This document shows, piece after piece, positions 12,450 through 23,554 of a stretch of DNA of 64,000 bases. The translations under genes and the position numbers were made by a program. The DNA is taken from the NCBI GenBank assembly GCA_002269645.1, contig NIVC01001034.1:1-64000 (forward strand), given 5' to 3'. The first letter of the stretch is position 1. Each line of letters begins with the position of its first letter. This stretch comes from Macrostomum lignano (taxonomy: Eukaryota). The notes beneath the pieces were generated by a model. That model did no database searches. It had not been told where the DNA came from and saw nothing but the letters and a program-made list of their open reading frames with translations.

Positions 12450-15328
12450 CTAAACGGACTCCCTCGGTCCTCGGGGCAGCCGGTCAATGAGCACGTCCTC
12501 GTTAGCCTCGGCCACCGTGTCCGTCGGCGCCTGGGCACCCTTCAGTTTGCCGCTGTGGCCCAGAAAAATCAACGCCGAACAGGCAAAAACTGCGGCCGCC
12601 GTGGACACTAGAATGAGACCTGGACCGGAGGACCAGCTGATTAGGCCAAGGATTCTCGCTGACTGCTGCTGGTGCGAGGACACGTTTCTGCCGATGAGCT
12701 TCTTGGTGATGTGGCCGGCTCTCAAGCTACGGGTGTACACATCGATGCACACGATCAGGCAGGCAGCTGCGTATTGATGATTGAAAAAGAGGGCCTTCAC
12801 TGGATACTGATCTTCTGACATCCTAGTGGCGCTTCCTGACAACCTTAGACCCTAGGTTAGTGCTTTCTGACACCCTAGAGTGGTGCTTCCTGACACCCTA
12901 GAGTGGTGCTTCCTGACACCCTAGAGTGGTGCTTCCTGTCACCCTAGAGTGACACTTCCTGATGCCTTAGAATGGCGTTTCCTGACGCCCTAGAGTGGCG
13001 CTTTCTGACACCTTAGAGTGGCGCTTTCTGACACCTTAGAGTGGTGCTTCCTGACACCCTAGAGTGGTGCTTCCTGACACCCTAGAGTGGTGCTTCCTGA
13101 CACCCTAGAATGGTGCACCTGATATCCCAACAAATGAAATTGCCTCTGCGGCTCAAAAACGCCCCACCCCGAAATTACTGATCAATCCGTGCAGAGCCGC
13201 GGCCGCTCTCTTGAAGGTGTAGCGCGGATTCACCAGCGAGTAGAATGCGAACAGGTGAGACAGCAGCTGCAGCAGGCTGCTGATCGCCAGGAAGGAGACG
13301 GCCGTCTGCAGCAGTGCTGTTTGAGGAATCGAAGGGGGACTCGGACACTCTTACCCACTCTGTCACTCCCCTGTCTACTGTCACTCCGCAGACTACTCTG
13401 TCACTCCCCTGTCTACTGTCACTCCCCTGTCTACTGTCACTCCCCTGTCTACTGTCACTCCGCAGACTACTCTGTCACTCCCCTGTCTACTGTCACTCCG
13501 CAGACTACTCTGTCACTCCCCTGTCTACTGTCACTCCCCTGACTACTCTGGCACTCTCCTGTCTACTGTCACTCCCCTGACTACTCTGGCACTCCCCTGA
13601 CTACTGTCACTCCCCTGTCTACTGTCACTCCGCAGACTACTCTGTCACTCCCCTGTCTACTGTCACTCCGCAGACTACTCTGGCACTCTCCTGTCTACTG
13701 TCACTCCCCTGACTACTCTGTCACTCCCCTGTCTACTGTCACTCCCCTGACTACTCTGGCACTCTCCTGTCTACTGTCACTCCCCTGACTACTCTGTCAC
13801 TCCCCTGTCTACTGTCACTCCCCTGACTACTCTGGCACTCTGCTGTCTACTGTCACTCCCCTGACTACTCTGTCACTCTCCGTTCAAACACATCACTCCC
13901 CTGTCAACGATCTGTCGCTCTGGAACACCGAATTCCGCTCACACAGCCGCACTTACAGGCGATGGCTTTGTCCGCAGCGGTCTCCAACTCCTGCTGCTCT
14001 TCGCTAAAGAGCCAGGCCAGCAACTCTGTCGGGCCAGGTTTGGACACTGCAGAAAAATGAATGCAACTTTGATAACTGAATGCACATCGATGCCTAGAAA
14101 TATGATGGGTGGGCTACCTCGTAGATATAGATTAGCAATCCATTCTAATCTCCTGTGGATATAGATTAGCAATCCATTCTAATCTCCTGTGGATATAGAC
14201 TAGCAATCCATTCTATAAAGAATTTTTTTTTTGAATATAGATTAACAATCCATTTTATTATTTAGTGAATAGATTAGCAATCCAATTTATTCTCCTGTGG
14301 ATATAGATTAGCAATCCATTCTAATCTCCTGTGGATATAGACTAGCAATCCATTCTATAAAGAATTTTATTTTGAATATAGATTAACAATCCATTCTAAT
14401 CTCCTGCGGATATAGATTAGCAATCCATTCTAATCTCTTGTGGATATAGATTAGCAATCCATTCTAATCTCCTGCGGATATAGATTAGCAATCCATTCTA
14501 ATCTCTTGTGGATATAGATTAGCAATCCATTCTAATCTCCTGCGGATATAGATTAGCAATCCATTCTAATCTCCTGCGAATATAGATTAGCAATCCATTC
14601 TAATCTCTTGTGGATATAGATTTAGCAATCCATTCTATAAATAATTTTATTTTGAATATAGATTAACAATCCATTTTATTATTTAGTGAATAGATTAGCA
14701 ATCCAATTTATTATTTAGTGAATATAGATTAGCAATCCAATTTAATCTCCTGTGGATATAGATTAGCAATCCAATTTATTCTCCTGTGGATATAGATTAG
14801 CAATCCATTCTAATCTCCTGTTGATATAGTTAGCAATCCATTCTAATCTCCTGTTGATATAGTTAGCAATCCATTCTATTATCCTGTGGATATAGATTAG
14901 CAATCCATTCTAATCTCCTGTGGATATAGATTAGCAATCCATTCTAATCTCCTGTGGATATAGATTAGCAATCCATTCTAATCTCCTGTGGATATAGATT
15001 AGCAATTCATTCTAAGAAACTCAGCCGCTAATCCGAGCCGCTCACCCGCACACCGGACACTCCAAAGTCCCTGATGGCAGTTCAAGACAGTCTTGGAAAT
15101 GAATTTCTCGCCAACTCTGACCCCCTGTGGAGCTGAAGTTGCGGTCGCAGACTCTGCGGTGGACACCAGCAGGTCCAGCAGGGCCCAGCTGTCGCTGCAG
15201 GCGGCTCCGGCAGTCAGCAGGGTGGCTGCCACGGTGGCCAGTGCGGCCAGGGCAGGTCCGAGGTGTCGCCTTCGAGCTGCTGACGTCAGCAGCCGACGCC
15301 AGAACGACTGCGGCTGTTGCTGCTGCAT
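12450..15328 (-). CDS. Four-TM claudin/PMP22/EMP/CACNG-superfamily protein, ~275 aa, 4 exons, C-terminal class I PDZ-binding motif (ESV)
   Basis: Exons 15328-15046, 14046-13957, 13316-13179 and 12766-12450. All introns are GT-AG and phase 1, total 828 nt. Translation: TM1 (ALAALATVAATLLTAGAACSDSW), ECL1 with CHQGLWSVRC, TM2 (TAVSFLAISSLLQLLSHLFAFYSL), RYTFKR, TM3 (AAAALHGLITACLIVCIDVY), TM4 (GPGLILVSTAAAVFACSALIFL), ending RESV*. Confidence 0.8.
12832..13120. repeat. 23-bp minisatellite (gcttcctgacaccctagagtggt) in tetraspan intron 3
   Basis: About 12 copies read directly. Confidence 0.9.
13345..13880. repeat. 18/20-bp alternating minisatellite (tgtcactcccctgtctac / tgtcactcc..gactactc) in tetraspan intron 2
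   Basis: Direct inspection. Confidence 0.9.
14122..15010. repeat. 34-bp minisatellite (gatatagattagcaatccattctaatctcctgtg) in tetraspan intron 1
   Basis: About 25 copies. Each unit contains the internal inverted pair AGATTAG/CTAATCT. Confidence 0.92.
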
Positions 15329-15684
15329 CTCAGCAGCTGGCGTGCTGACTAATCCTCAGAGCAGCAAAGCCTCTACAATTATTATTTATCGACTGCACTG
15401 CTGGCCTGGCAGCCAATGGGATTTCGGCATTGGCTTCGACAGAACAGCAATAGCAGAGTTTCAATGGCTTTTGTAATAACAGAAAATGAACAGAATTTTT
15501 GCCAGAATACAGTCTCCAAAATAGCTTTTTTAATTGATTGGCAAGGTGTGGGTTCTATGGTGAATGTGACTAAGTGTGTTTGAATTAAAGGGAATAAGCC
15601 ATCTCTGGTTAATTGTGTCTCAGCTGCCCACTACATGTATGTGTATGTCTTCAGCTTACCCCAATCTTGTCAATCTCCTGTCCA

Positions 15685-16280
15685 GTCTGTGTCACTTTCC
15701 CATCTACCTGTGTCACTCTCCCATCTACTGTGTCACTCTTTCATCCACTGTGTCACTCTCCCATTCATTGTGTCACTCTCCAATTCACTGTGTCACTCTT
15801 TCATCTACTGTGTCACTCTCACATTCACTGTGTCACTCTCCCATTCACTGGGTCATTCTTTCATCTACTGTGTCACTCTCCCATTCACTGTGTTACTCTC
15901 CCATTCACTGGGTCATTCTTTCATCTACTGTGTCACTCTCCCATTCACTGTGTCACTCTCCCATTCACTGTGTCACTCTCCCATTCACTGTGTGTGTCAC
16001 TCCCATCTACTGTGTCACTCTTTCATCCACTGTGTCACTCTCCAATTCACTGTGTCACTCTCCAATTCACTGTGTCACTCTCCAATTCACTGTGTCACTC
16101 TCCCATTCACTGTGTCACTCTCCCATTCACTGGGTCATTCTTTCATCTACTGTGTCACTCTCCCATTCACTGTGTCACTCTCCCATTCACTGGGTCATTC
16201 TTTCATCTACTGTGTCACTTTCTCATCTACTGTGCCACTTTCCCATCTACTGTGTCACTCTCCCATCTACTGTGTCATTA
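15685..16280. repeat. 20-bp minisatellite (tgtgtcactctcccattcac)
   Basis: About 29 copies; it explains the SHSLCHSPIHC ORFs. Confidence 0.92.
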
Positions 16281-16889
16281 TTGTTAATAGATTAATTTGA
16301 TCTCCGAACATAACCGTACATGCAGTTGACTCAAGCCAGACAAGAATAAAGATATTGTCAGGCACAAGTTGACCGCCGTCCTGTACCCAGTCCATTATTA
16401 TAAGCACACAGGTTCACCTGCACCTGCAGGGCAGCTGTCAGCCATGATGTCCCGGAGATGAATATTGCAGGAGAGGATGGAGCGCCTGGCTCACTAATTA
16501 GTGTTAGGAGGCTGCAGCTGACAGCTCGCTAGGCAAGTCAAAGCGAACCATGCAAAAGAGCTCAAAAGGAAAGCAGAAAATGCATTCCCATAGCTGCTTT
16601 AGCAGCTCTGCGTCAAATTAGTTTCTGCTTGCAGTGAGTTTTCGAAAAGAATTTATTGTGAGCGCTAATTGCATGCGCGTCCATCGCATCTGCAGCCGGA
16701 GTCTTGACCGAGACAAACAAAAGTTTACACAACCTCTTTTAGTGGGCAAAATTTCAGGAAACTTATATAGGGCCACCTTTTGCTGATCGGGATTTTAATA
16801 ACGAAAGTAAAAATATTGTTGAGAGCAGGAAGCAAACTATGTGTAGAAAAAAAGCAACAAGTTTTAGTAGCAAAGTTACCGCGAGTGCA

Positions 16890-17085
16890 GGGAATGTATG
16901 GCAGAGTGAGCTTATGGCAGAGTGGACTTATGGCAGAGTGGACTACTATGAGTGAACTTATGGCAAAGTGTACTTATGGCAGAGTGAACTATTTCAAAGT
17001 GGACTTATGGCAGAGTGAACTTATGGCAGAGTAGACTTATGGCAGAGTGAACTATTACGGAGTGGACTTATGGCAAAGTGAGCTA
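16890..17085. repeat. 16-bp minisatellite (ttatggcagagtgRac)
   Basis: About 12 copies, degenerating to ~17170. Confidence 0.85.
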
Positions 17086-17431
17086 ATGGCAGGTGAGAAT
17101 GAAATTATTAAAATAGTAAAATTGAGGATAGAGTGAACTTGGGACTGAGTGAACACCTATGGAAGAGTGAAGTTGATACAGAGTGGGCTAACAGAGGAAC
17201 ATCTTAACAGTCGAGGCTTAGCGCTCTGTCTTGACACAATAAATGAAAAAGTTTTATTGCAATACGAGCTTCGTTATCTGATAAACTAAAAAATGTCTAT
17301 AACTACCCTAAGGTAATTACTTAGCGTCTTATAAATAACAAAAATTTCCTTAGCATACTACTTACGCGAGCTTTAAATACGTCACGTTAAGGACAGAGTC
17401 TTGTTGCACTCTATAAGCTACAGGCAGTCAG

Positions 17432-20400
17432 TCAGGCAGACAGGCCCAGAAGGCAGGCACTAGCAGCAAAAAGCATGGTTGCCATGGAAACCGGCTGCAC
17501 CGCGGCGTCTGCGCCAGACTTGCTGCCGGCAATCTTCGGCTTCGTTGACGACTTGTCGCTCTCCGCCCCCCGGTTGCTGCTCTCAACGGATGCTTTGGCC
17601 ACCTCCATGGATGGCGGCGGCGGTGGCAGCTCCACCTTCTCCATCAGGATTGGCGCTTGCGTTGGAGCGGGGGCGACTGAACCGCCGCTGCCACCGCCGC
17701 CGCTGCCGCTGCCGCCGCCGCTGCCGCCGCCACCGCCGCCGCTGCTGTTGACGCTGCCAACGTTAAGATTGCACAGATCGTGGCTGCAGTATTGGCAGTC
17801 CTTCCACTTCAGTTTGGGGCAGTGCGACTGACAGCCTGTGAGGATGTGCTGAAATTGTGTGGCATGTTGCCGACTTTAACCTCTGTGACTCTCCCAGATT
17901 CCCCGTCTTTAACCTCTGTGACTGTCCCAGATTCCCCGTCTTTAACCTCTGTGACTGTCCCAGATTCCCCGTCTTTAACCTCTGTGACTCTCTCAGATTC
18001 CCCGTCTTTAACCTCTGTGACTGTCCCAGATTCCCCGACTTTAACCTCGATGACTCTCCCAGATTCCCCGACTTTAACCTATGTGACTGTCCCAGATTCC
18101 CCGTCTTTAACCTCTGTGACTCTCCCAGATTCCCCGACTTTAACCTCTGTGACTCTCCCAGATTCCCCGACTTTAACCTCTGTGACTGTCCCAGATTCCC
18201 CGTCTTTAACCTCTGTGACTCTCTCAGATTCCCCGTCTTTAACCTCGATGACTCTCCCAGATTCCCCGTCTTTAACCTCTGTGACTCTCCCAGATTCCCC
18301 GACTTTAACCTCTGTGACTCTCCCAGATTCCCCGACTTTAACCTCTGTGACTCTCCCAGATTCCCCGACTTTAACCTCTGTGACTCTCCCAGATTCCCCG
18401 ACTTTAACCTCTGTGACTCTCTCAGATTCCCCGTCTTTAACCTCGATGACTCTCCCAGATTCCCCGTCTTTAACCTCTGTGACTCTCCCAGATTCCCCGT
18501 CTTTAACCTCTGTGACTCTCCCAGATTCCCCGTCTTTAACCTCTGTGACTCTCCCAGATTCCCCGACTTTAACCTCTGTGACTCTCTCAGATCCCCGTCT
18601 TTAACCTCTGTGACTCTCATGATCAGATCCCCGTCTTTAACGTCTGTGACTCTCTCAGATTCCCCGACTTTAACCTCTGTGACTCTCATGATCAGATCCC
18701 CGTCTTTAACCTCTGTGACTCTCCCAGATTCCCCGACTTTAACCTCTGTGACTCTCTCAGATCCCCGTCTTTAACCTCTGTGACTCTCATGATCAGATCC
18801 CCGTCTTTAACGTCTGTGACTCTCTCAGATTCCCCGACTTTAACCTCTGTGACTCTCATGATCAGATCCCCGTCTTTAACCTCTGTGACTCTCTCAGATT
18901 CCCCGACTTTAACCTCTGTGACTCTCATGATCAGATCCCCGTCTTTAACGTCTGTGACTCTCTCAGATTCCCCGACTTTAACCTCTGTGACTCTCTCAGA
19001 TCCCGCGACTTTAACCTCTGTGACTCTCATGATCAGATCCCGCGACTTTAACCTCTGTGACTCTCCCAGATCCCGCGACTTTAACCTCTGTGACTCTCTC
19101 AGTCCCCCCCCCCCGACTTTAACCTCTGTGACTCCCCCAGATTCCCCGACTTTAACCTCTGTGACTCTCCCAGATTCCCCGTCTTTAACCTCTGTGACTG
19201 TCCCAGATTCCCCGTCTTTAACCTCTGTGACTGTCCCAGATTCCCCGTCTTTAACCTCTGTGACTCTCTCAGATTCCCCGTCTTTAACCTCTGTGACTGT
19301 CCCAGATTCCCCGACTTTAACCTCGATGACTCTCCCAGATTCCCCGACTTTAACCTATGTGACTGTCCCAGATTCCCCGTCTTTAACCTCTGTGACTCTC
19401 CCAGATTCCCCGACTTTAACCTCTGTGACTCTCCCAGATTCCCCGACTTTAACCTCTGTGACTGTCCCAGATTCCCCGTCTTTAACCTCTGTGACTCTCT
19501 CAGATTCCCCGTCTTTAACCTCGATGACTCTCCCAGATTCCCCGTCTTTAACCTCTGTGACTCTCCCAGATTCCCCGACTTTAACCTCTGTGACTCTCCC
19601 AGATTCCCCGACTTTAACCTCTGTGACTCTCCCAGATTCCCCGACTTTAACCTCTGTGACTCTCCCAGATTCCCCGACTTTAACCTCTGTGACTCTCTCA
19701 GATTCCCCGTCTTTAACCTCGATGACTCTCCCAGATTCCCCGTCTTTAACCTCTGTGACTCTCCCAGATTCCCCGTCTTTAACCTCTGTGACTCTCCCAG
19801 ATTCCCCGTCTTTAACCTCTGTGACTCTCCCAGATTCCCCGACTTTAACCTCTGTGACTCTCTCAGATCCCCGTCTTTAACCTCTGTGACTCTCATGATC
19901 AGATCCCCGTCTTTAACGTCTGTGACTCTCTCAGATTCCCCGACTTTAACCTCTGTGACTCTCATGATCAGATCCCCGTCTTTAACCTCTGTGACTCTCC
20001 CAGATTCCCCGACTTTAACCTCTGTGACTCTCTCAGATCCCCGTCTTTAACCTCTGTGACTCTCATGATCAGATCCCCGTCTTTAACGTCTGTGACTCTC
20101 TCAGATTCCCCGACTTTAACCTCTGTGACTCTCATGATCAGATCCCCGTCTTTAACCTCTGTGACTCTCTCAGATTCCCCGACTTTAACCTCTGTGACTC
20201 TCATGATCAGATCCCCGTCTTTAACGTCTGTGACTCTCTCAGATTCCCCGACTTTAACCTCTGTGACTCTCTCAGATCCCGCGACTTTAACCTCTGTGAC
20301 TCTCATGATCAGATCCCGCGACTTTAACCTCTGTGACTCTCCCAGATCCCGCGACTTTAACCTCTGTGACTCTCTCAGTCCCCCCCCCCGACTTTAACCT

Positions 20401-21697
20401 CTGTGACTCCCCCAGATTCCCCGACTTTAACCTCTGTGACTCTCTCAGTCCCCCTTCGACTTTAATCTAGCTGTGACTCTCTCAGATCCTTTATATCACC
20501 AGAGCCTCTTTTTATCAAGTGGATCACAACCCATCGCTAGCACCTCGAGCTCCCTGCAGCTCGTATCTCATGCAGCAACCGAGCTCACATCAGCATCAGA
20601 GGGATTCCTGCTGTAAGTACAATTCTGCTCCTTCGGGCAGTACACGGGTATCGGCAGCGGGCCTTTAGGTGTAATGAGCGAGTTGTAGCACAGCTTGAGC
20701 TTGGAGACGCTTGGCTTCAGATCGCTGCCGTATTTGCTATTGCACTTATCTGTCTTGCACTCTTGGCATTCGACAACTTTATTGTCAAAGCTGCCGCATT
20801 TTCCGCAGCCAAAGTAAAGCTCCTGGCGGGGTTGGGTTTCAAGCGAGAATGAGCTTCATGTGATAAGAGATGTATGTCCCTGTCAAGACAGACGAGTGAA
20901 TCAATTCTCACAAAAAATCCCGGATCAGAATCCCAGTTGGTGCGCCGTTTCTCAACGCACAGCTCCGTCTTGTCTTTGGTAGTGCAGGTTGGCGAACTGG
21001 TAGGAAACTCGCCCGTGACAGTTGTGTGATTGCCTTCGTAACAGGTGAGTGCGGCAGTGGTCTGCGCTAGGCCTGCGGTGGTGTTGGAGATGCAAGGCAC
21101 CATTAACGTAGTGTGCTGCATATGCATGCTAATATTTCTAAAGACCTGTGAACTTTAACTCAAGTGGAGCCGCAGTAACCTATGTGTGTACTCAAATGAT
21201 ACGTCATTCTGCTTACAGTGACACCAGGAAGCTGGGTTTGGCTTTTACCACATCCAGCGCGCGCTGAGCACAAGCGCACCAATACTGCACGCAGACACGC
21301 ACTAATACACGCTCACACGGGGTGTACAGCGGCCCTGACTTTCTAATCGTCAGGCATGTGTACACTCTGTGCCTTGGGGGTGTGAATGTCTCAAATGAAT
21401 GTATTCGTTCGGATTCGAACCAGGGGTCACCTATGCTCTGCGCCTTCGAGTCCTCTGACTTGCTGCATAATTTGGCTCAAGAATATACGCAGACTTTAAT
21501 TATGGTAGTGGACCCTCGTAGACACGAGAACGTACATGTGTATATGTACATCAGGCCGTAATAACACTAATTTAGTGGATTGAGATACTCGAAGTTTCTT
21601 AGTAGACAGATATTACATGTACGTGAAAATAGATTTAAACATGTTGTTACTAACCGAGTACCACAGCCAGCAGTAGCGAGACGGCCAGATTCCACAT
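17432..21697 (-). CDS. Secreted/GPI-anchored protein with two Ly6/uPAR (three-finger, quiver-like) domains, ~284 aa, 4 exons
   Basis: Exons 21697-21655, 21072-20912, 20822-20589 and 17848-17432. Introns are GT-AG with phases 1,0,0, total 855 nt. Signal peptide MWNLAVSLLLAVVLGLAQTTAA; domain 1 LTCY...ECQECKTDKCN; domain 2 KLCY...DCQYCSHDLCN; then a Gly/Ser/Pro-rich stalk and a hydrophobic GPI-type tail (SMATMLFAASACLLGLSA*). Confidence 0.85.
17872..20485. repeat. 33-bp (36-bp variant) minisatellite filling Ly6 intron 3, with a 1276-bp internal duplication
   Basis: Unit ttaacctctgtgactctcccagattccccgact. The marker ctctcagtc(c)n occurs at ~19101 and ~20377, and the ORF-track boundaries are also offset by 1276. 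Confidence 0.95.
21295..21480 (-). mobile_element. Degenerate tRNA-derived SINE copy in Ly6 intron 1
   Basis: B-box GGTTCGAATCC on the minus strand (21411-21421). The body cacac-gg-gtgtacagcggccct-actt...atcgt...ggcatg is shared with 41580-41650. Confidence 0.55.
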
Positions 21698-21954
21698 TGA
21701 TGATAGCAATTAGATAAACAGACAACGATACTTCAACTTCTTACTGTTACAATTCAGTGGAGAGCTTTAACTTAAGTCAGTTACAGACAGTTAGACTAAA
21801 AAAATGCCATAGACAAGTCCTAAGCGGTTCTTCAAGTTGCAATTGTAAAAGCACTTTTGCTATCGATAAGTGCAGCGCCTTGAAAGATATATTTGAAATC
21901 TTCAGTTCAAAACGTCAATTGTCACATACGGTTGAGTTCCCATTACTGTTCAAC

Positions 21955-23070
21955 AACTGAGGATTTGGGAGGCTGGCCCAGCAACTGAGGATCTGAGTAG
22001 CTGGCACAGTAACTGAGGATCTGGGTGGCTGCGCTAGCAACTGAGGATTTGGGAGGCTGGCCGAGCAACTGAGGATTTGAGAGGCTGGCCCAGCAACTGA
22101 GGATTTGGGAGGCTGGCCTAGCAACTGAGGATCTGGGTAGCTGGCACAGCACAGCAACTGAGGATCTGGGTGGCTTGCCTAGCAACTGAGGATCTGGGAG
22201 GCTGGCCCAGCAACTGAAGATCTGGGTGGCTTGCCTAGCAACTGAGGATCTGGGAGGCTGGCCCAGCAACTGAGGATTTGGGAGGCTGGCCTAGCAACTG
22301 AGGATTTGGGAGGCTGGCCTAGCAACTGAGGATCTGGGTAGCTGGCACAGCAACTGAGGATCTGGGTGGCTTGCCTAGCAACTGAGGATCTGGGAGGCTG
22401 GCCCAGCAACTGAGGATCTGGGTGGCTTGCCTAGCAACTGAGGATCTGGGAGGCTGGCCCAGCAACTGAGGATTTGGGAGGCTGGCCCAGCAACTGAGGA
22501 TCTGAGTAGCTGGCACAGTAACTGAGGATCTGGGAGGCTGGCACAGCAACTGAGGATTTGGGAGGCTGGCCTAGCAACTGAGGATTTGGGAGGCTGGCCT
22601 AGCAACTGAGGATCTGGGTAGCTGGCACAGCACAGCAACTGAGGATCTGGGTGGCTTGCCTAGCAACTGAGGATCTGGGAGGCTGGCCCAGCAACTGAGG
22701 ATCTGGGTGGCTTGCCTAGCAACTGGGGATCTGGGTAGCTGGCCCAGCAACTGAGGATCTGGGTGGCTGCGCTAGCAACTGAGGATTTGGGAGGCTGGCC
22801 TAGCAACTGGGGATCTGGGTAGCTGGCCCAGCAACTGAGGATCTGGGTAGCTGTAGCTGGCACAGCAACTGAGGATCTGGGAGGCTGGCCCAGCAACTGA
22901 GAATCTGGGTAGCTGGCACAGCAACTGAGGATCTGGGAGGCTGGCACAGTAACTGAGGATCTGGGTAGCTGGCACAGTAACTGAGGATCTGGGTAGCTGG
23001 CACAGTAACTGAGGATCTGGGTGGCTGGCCAAGCAATTAAGGATCTGGGAGGTTGGCCCAACAACTAAGA
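21955..23070. repeat. 28-bp minisatellite (gcaactgaggatctgggaggctggccca)
   Basis: About 39 copies; it explains the LLGQPPRSSV ORFs. Confidence 0.93.
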
Positions 23071-23554
23071 ATCTAGACATAAATGTCGAAAAGCATAGTT
23101 AAATTAGTTGACATTCCATTTCCAGTGAATAAAATATGAACTGATTTGTAAAGATGAAATTACAATAGCAAACAGCAATAGGCTTGACTGGCAGTTTTGA
23201 ATCTAGCATTAATCGAATAGGCGCTTAAATTTGTAACTAATTAAATTAATTACGTAGTAATGGCAATCAGAAAGGCTACGTTAAAAAACTAATGACCACA
23301 CTCGCTCTGAAGTAAAACAAATCTTTTGGAAAACAACAACAAGTGCTAGCTAAAAGCGGGTAACAATCCTGACTATTCTTGCTTTGTCAAAATTAGTACA
23401 TCATATAATATAAATTCTGTGTTTTTAGACACGTCACTAACGAAAATTCCGTTGTCTGAATCCAACTGTAGGAGGCAGGATATCAGATCTTAGAAGATAC
23501 AAGAGATGTGCGTTGCTCGTAAACAATCAAGCCTGGAGGATCAAGCGTTGCTAA

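Noticed and set aside
15576-16300. Cys/His-rich ORFs
   Set aside because: Translation of the 20-bp minisatellite.
17478-17491. X-box-like GTTGCCATGGAAAC
   Set aside because: Lies inside the Ly6 coding exon (codons VSMAT), so it is explained by protein sequence.
17763-20397. Long mucin-like (TLTSVTLPDSP)n and (ESQRLKSGNLG)n ORFs
   Set aside because: The 33-bp unit is a multiple of 3 and open in several frames on both strands. It lies within a well-defined GT-AG intron.
21915-23080. LLGQPPRSSV ORFs
   Set aside because: 28-bp minisatellite translation.
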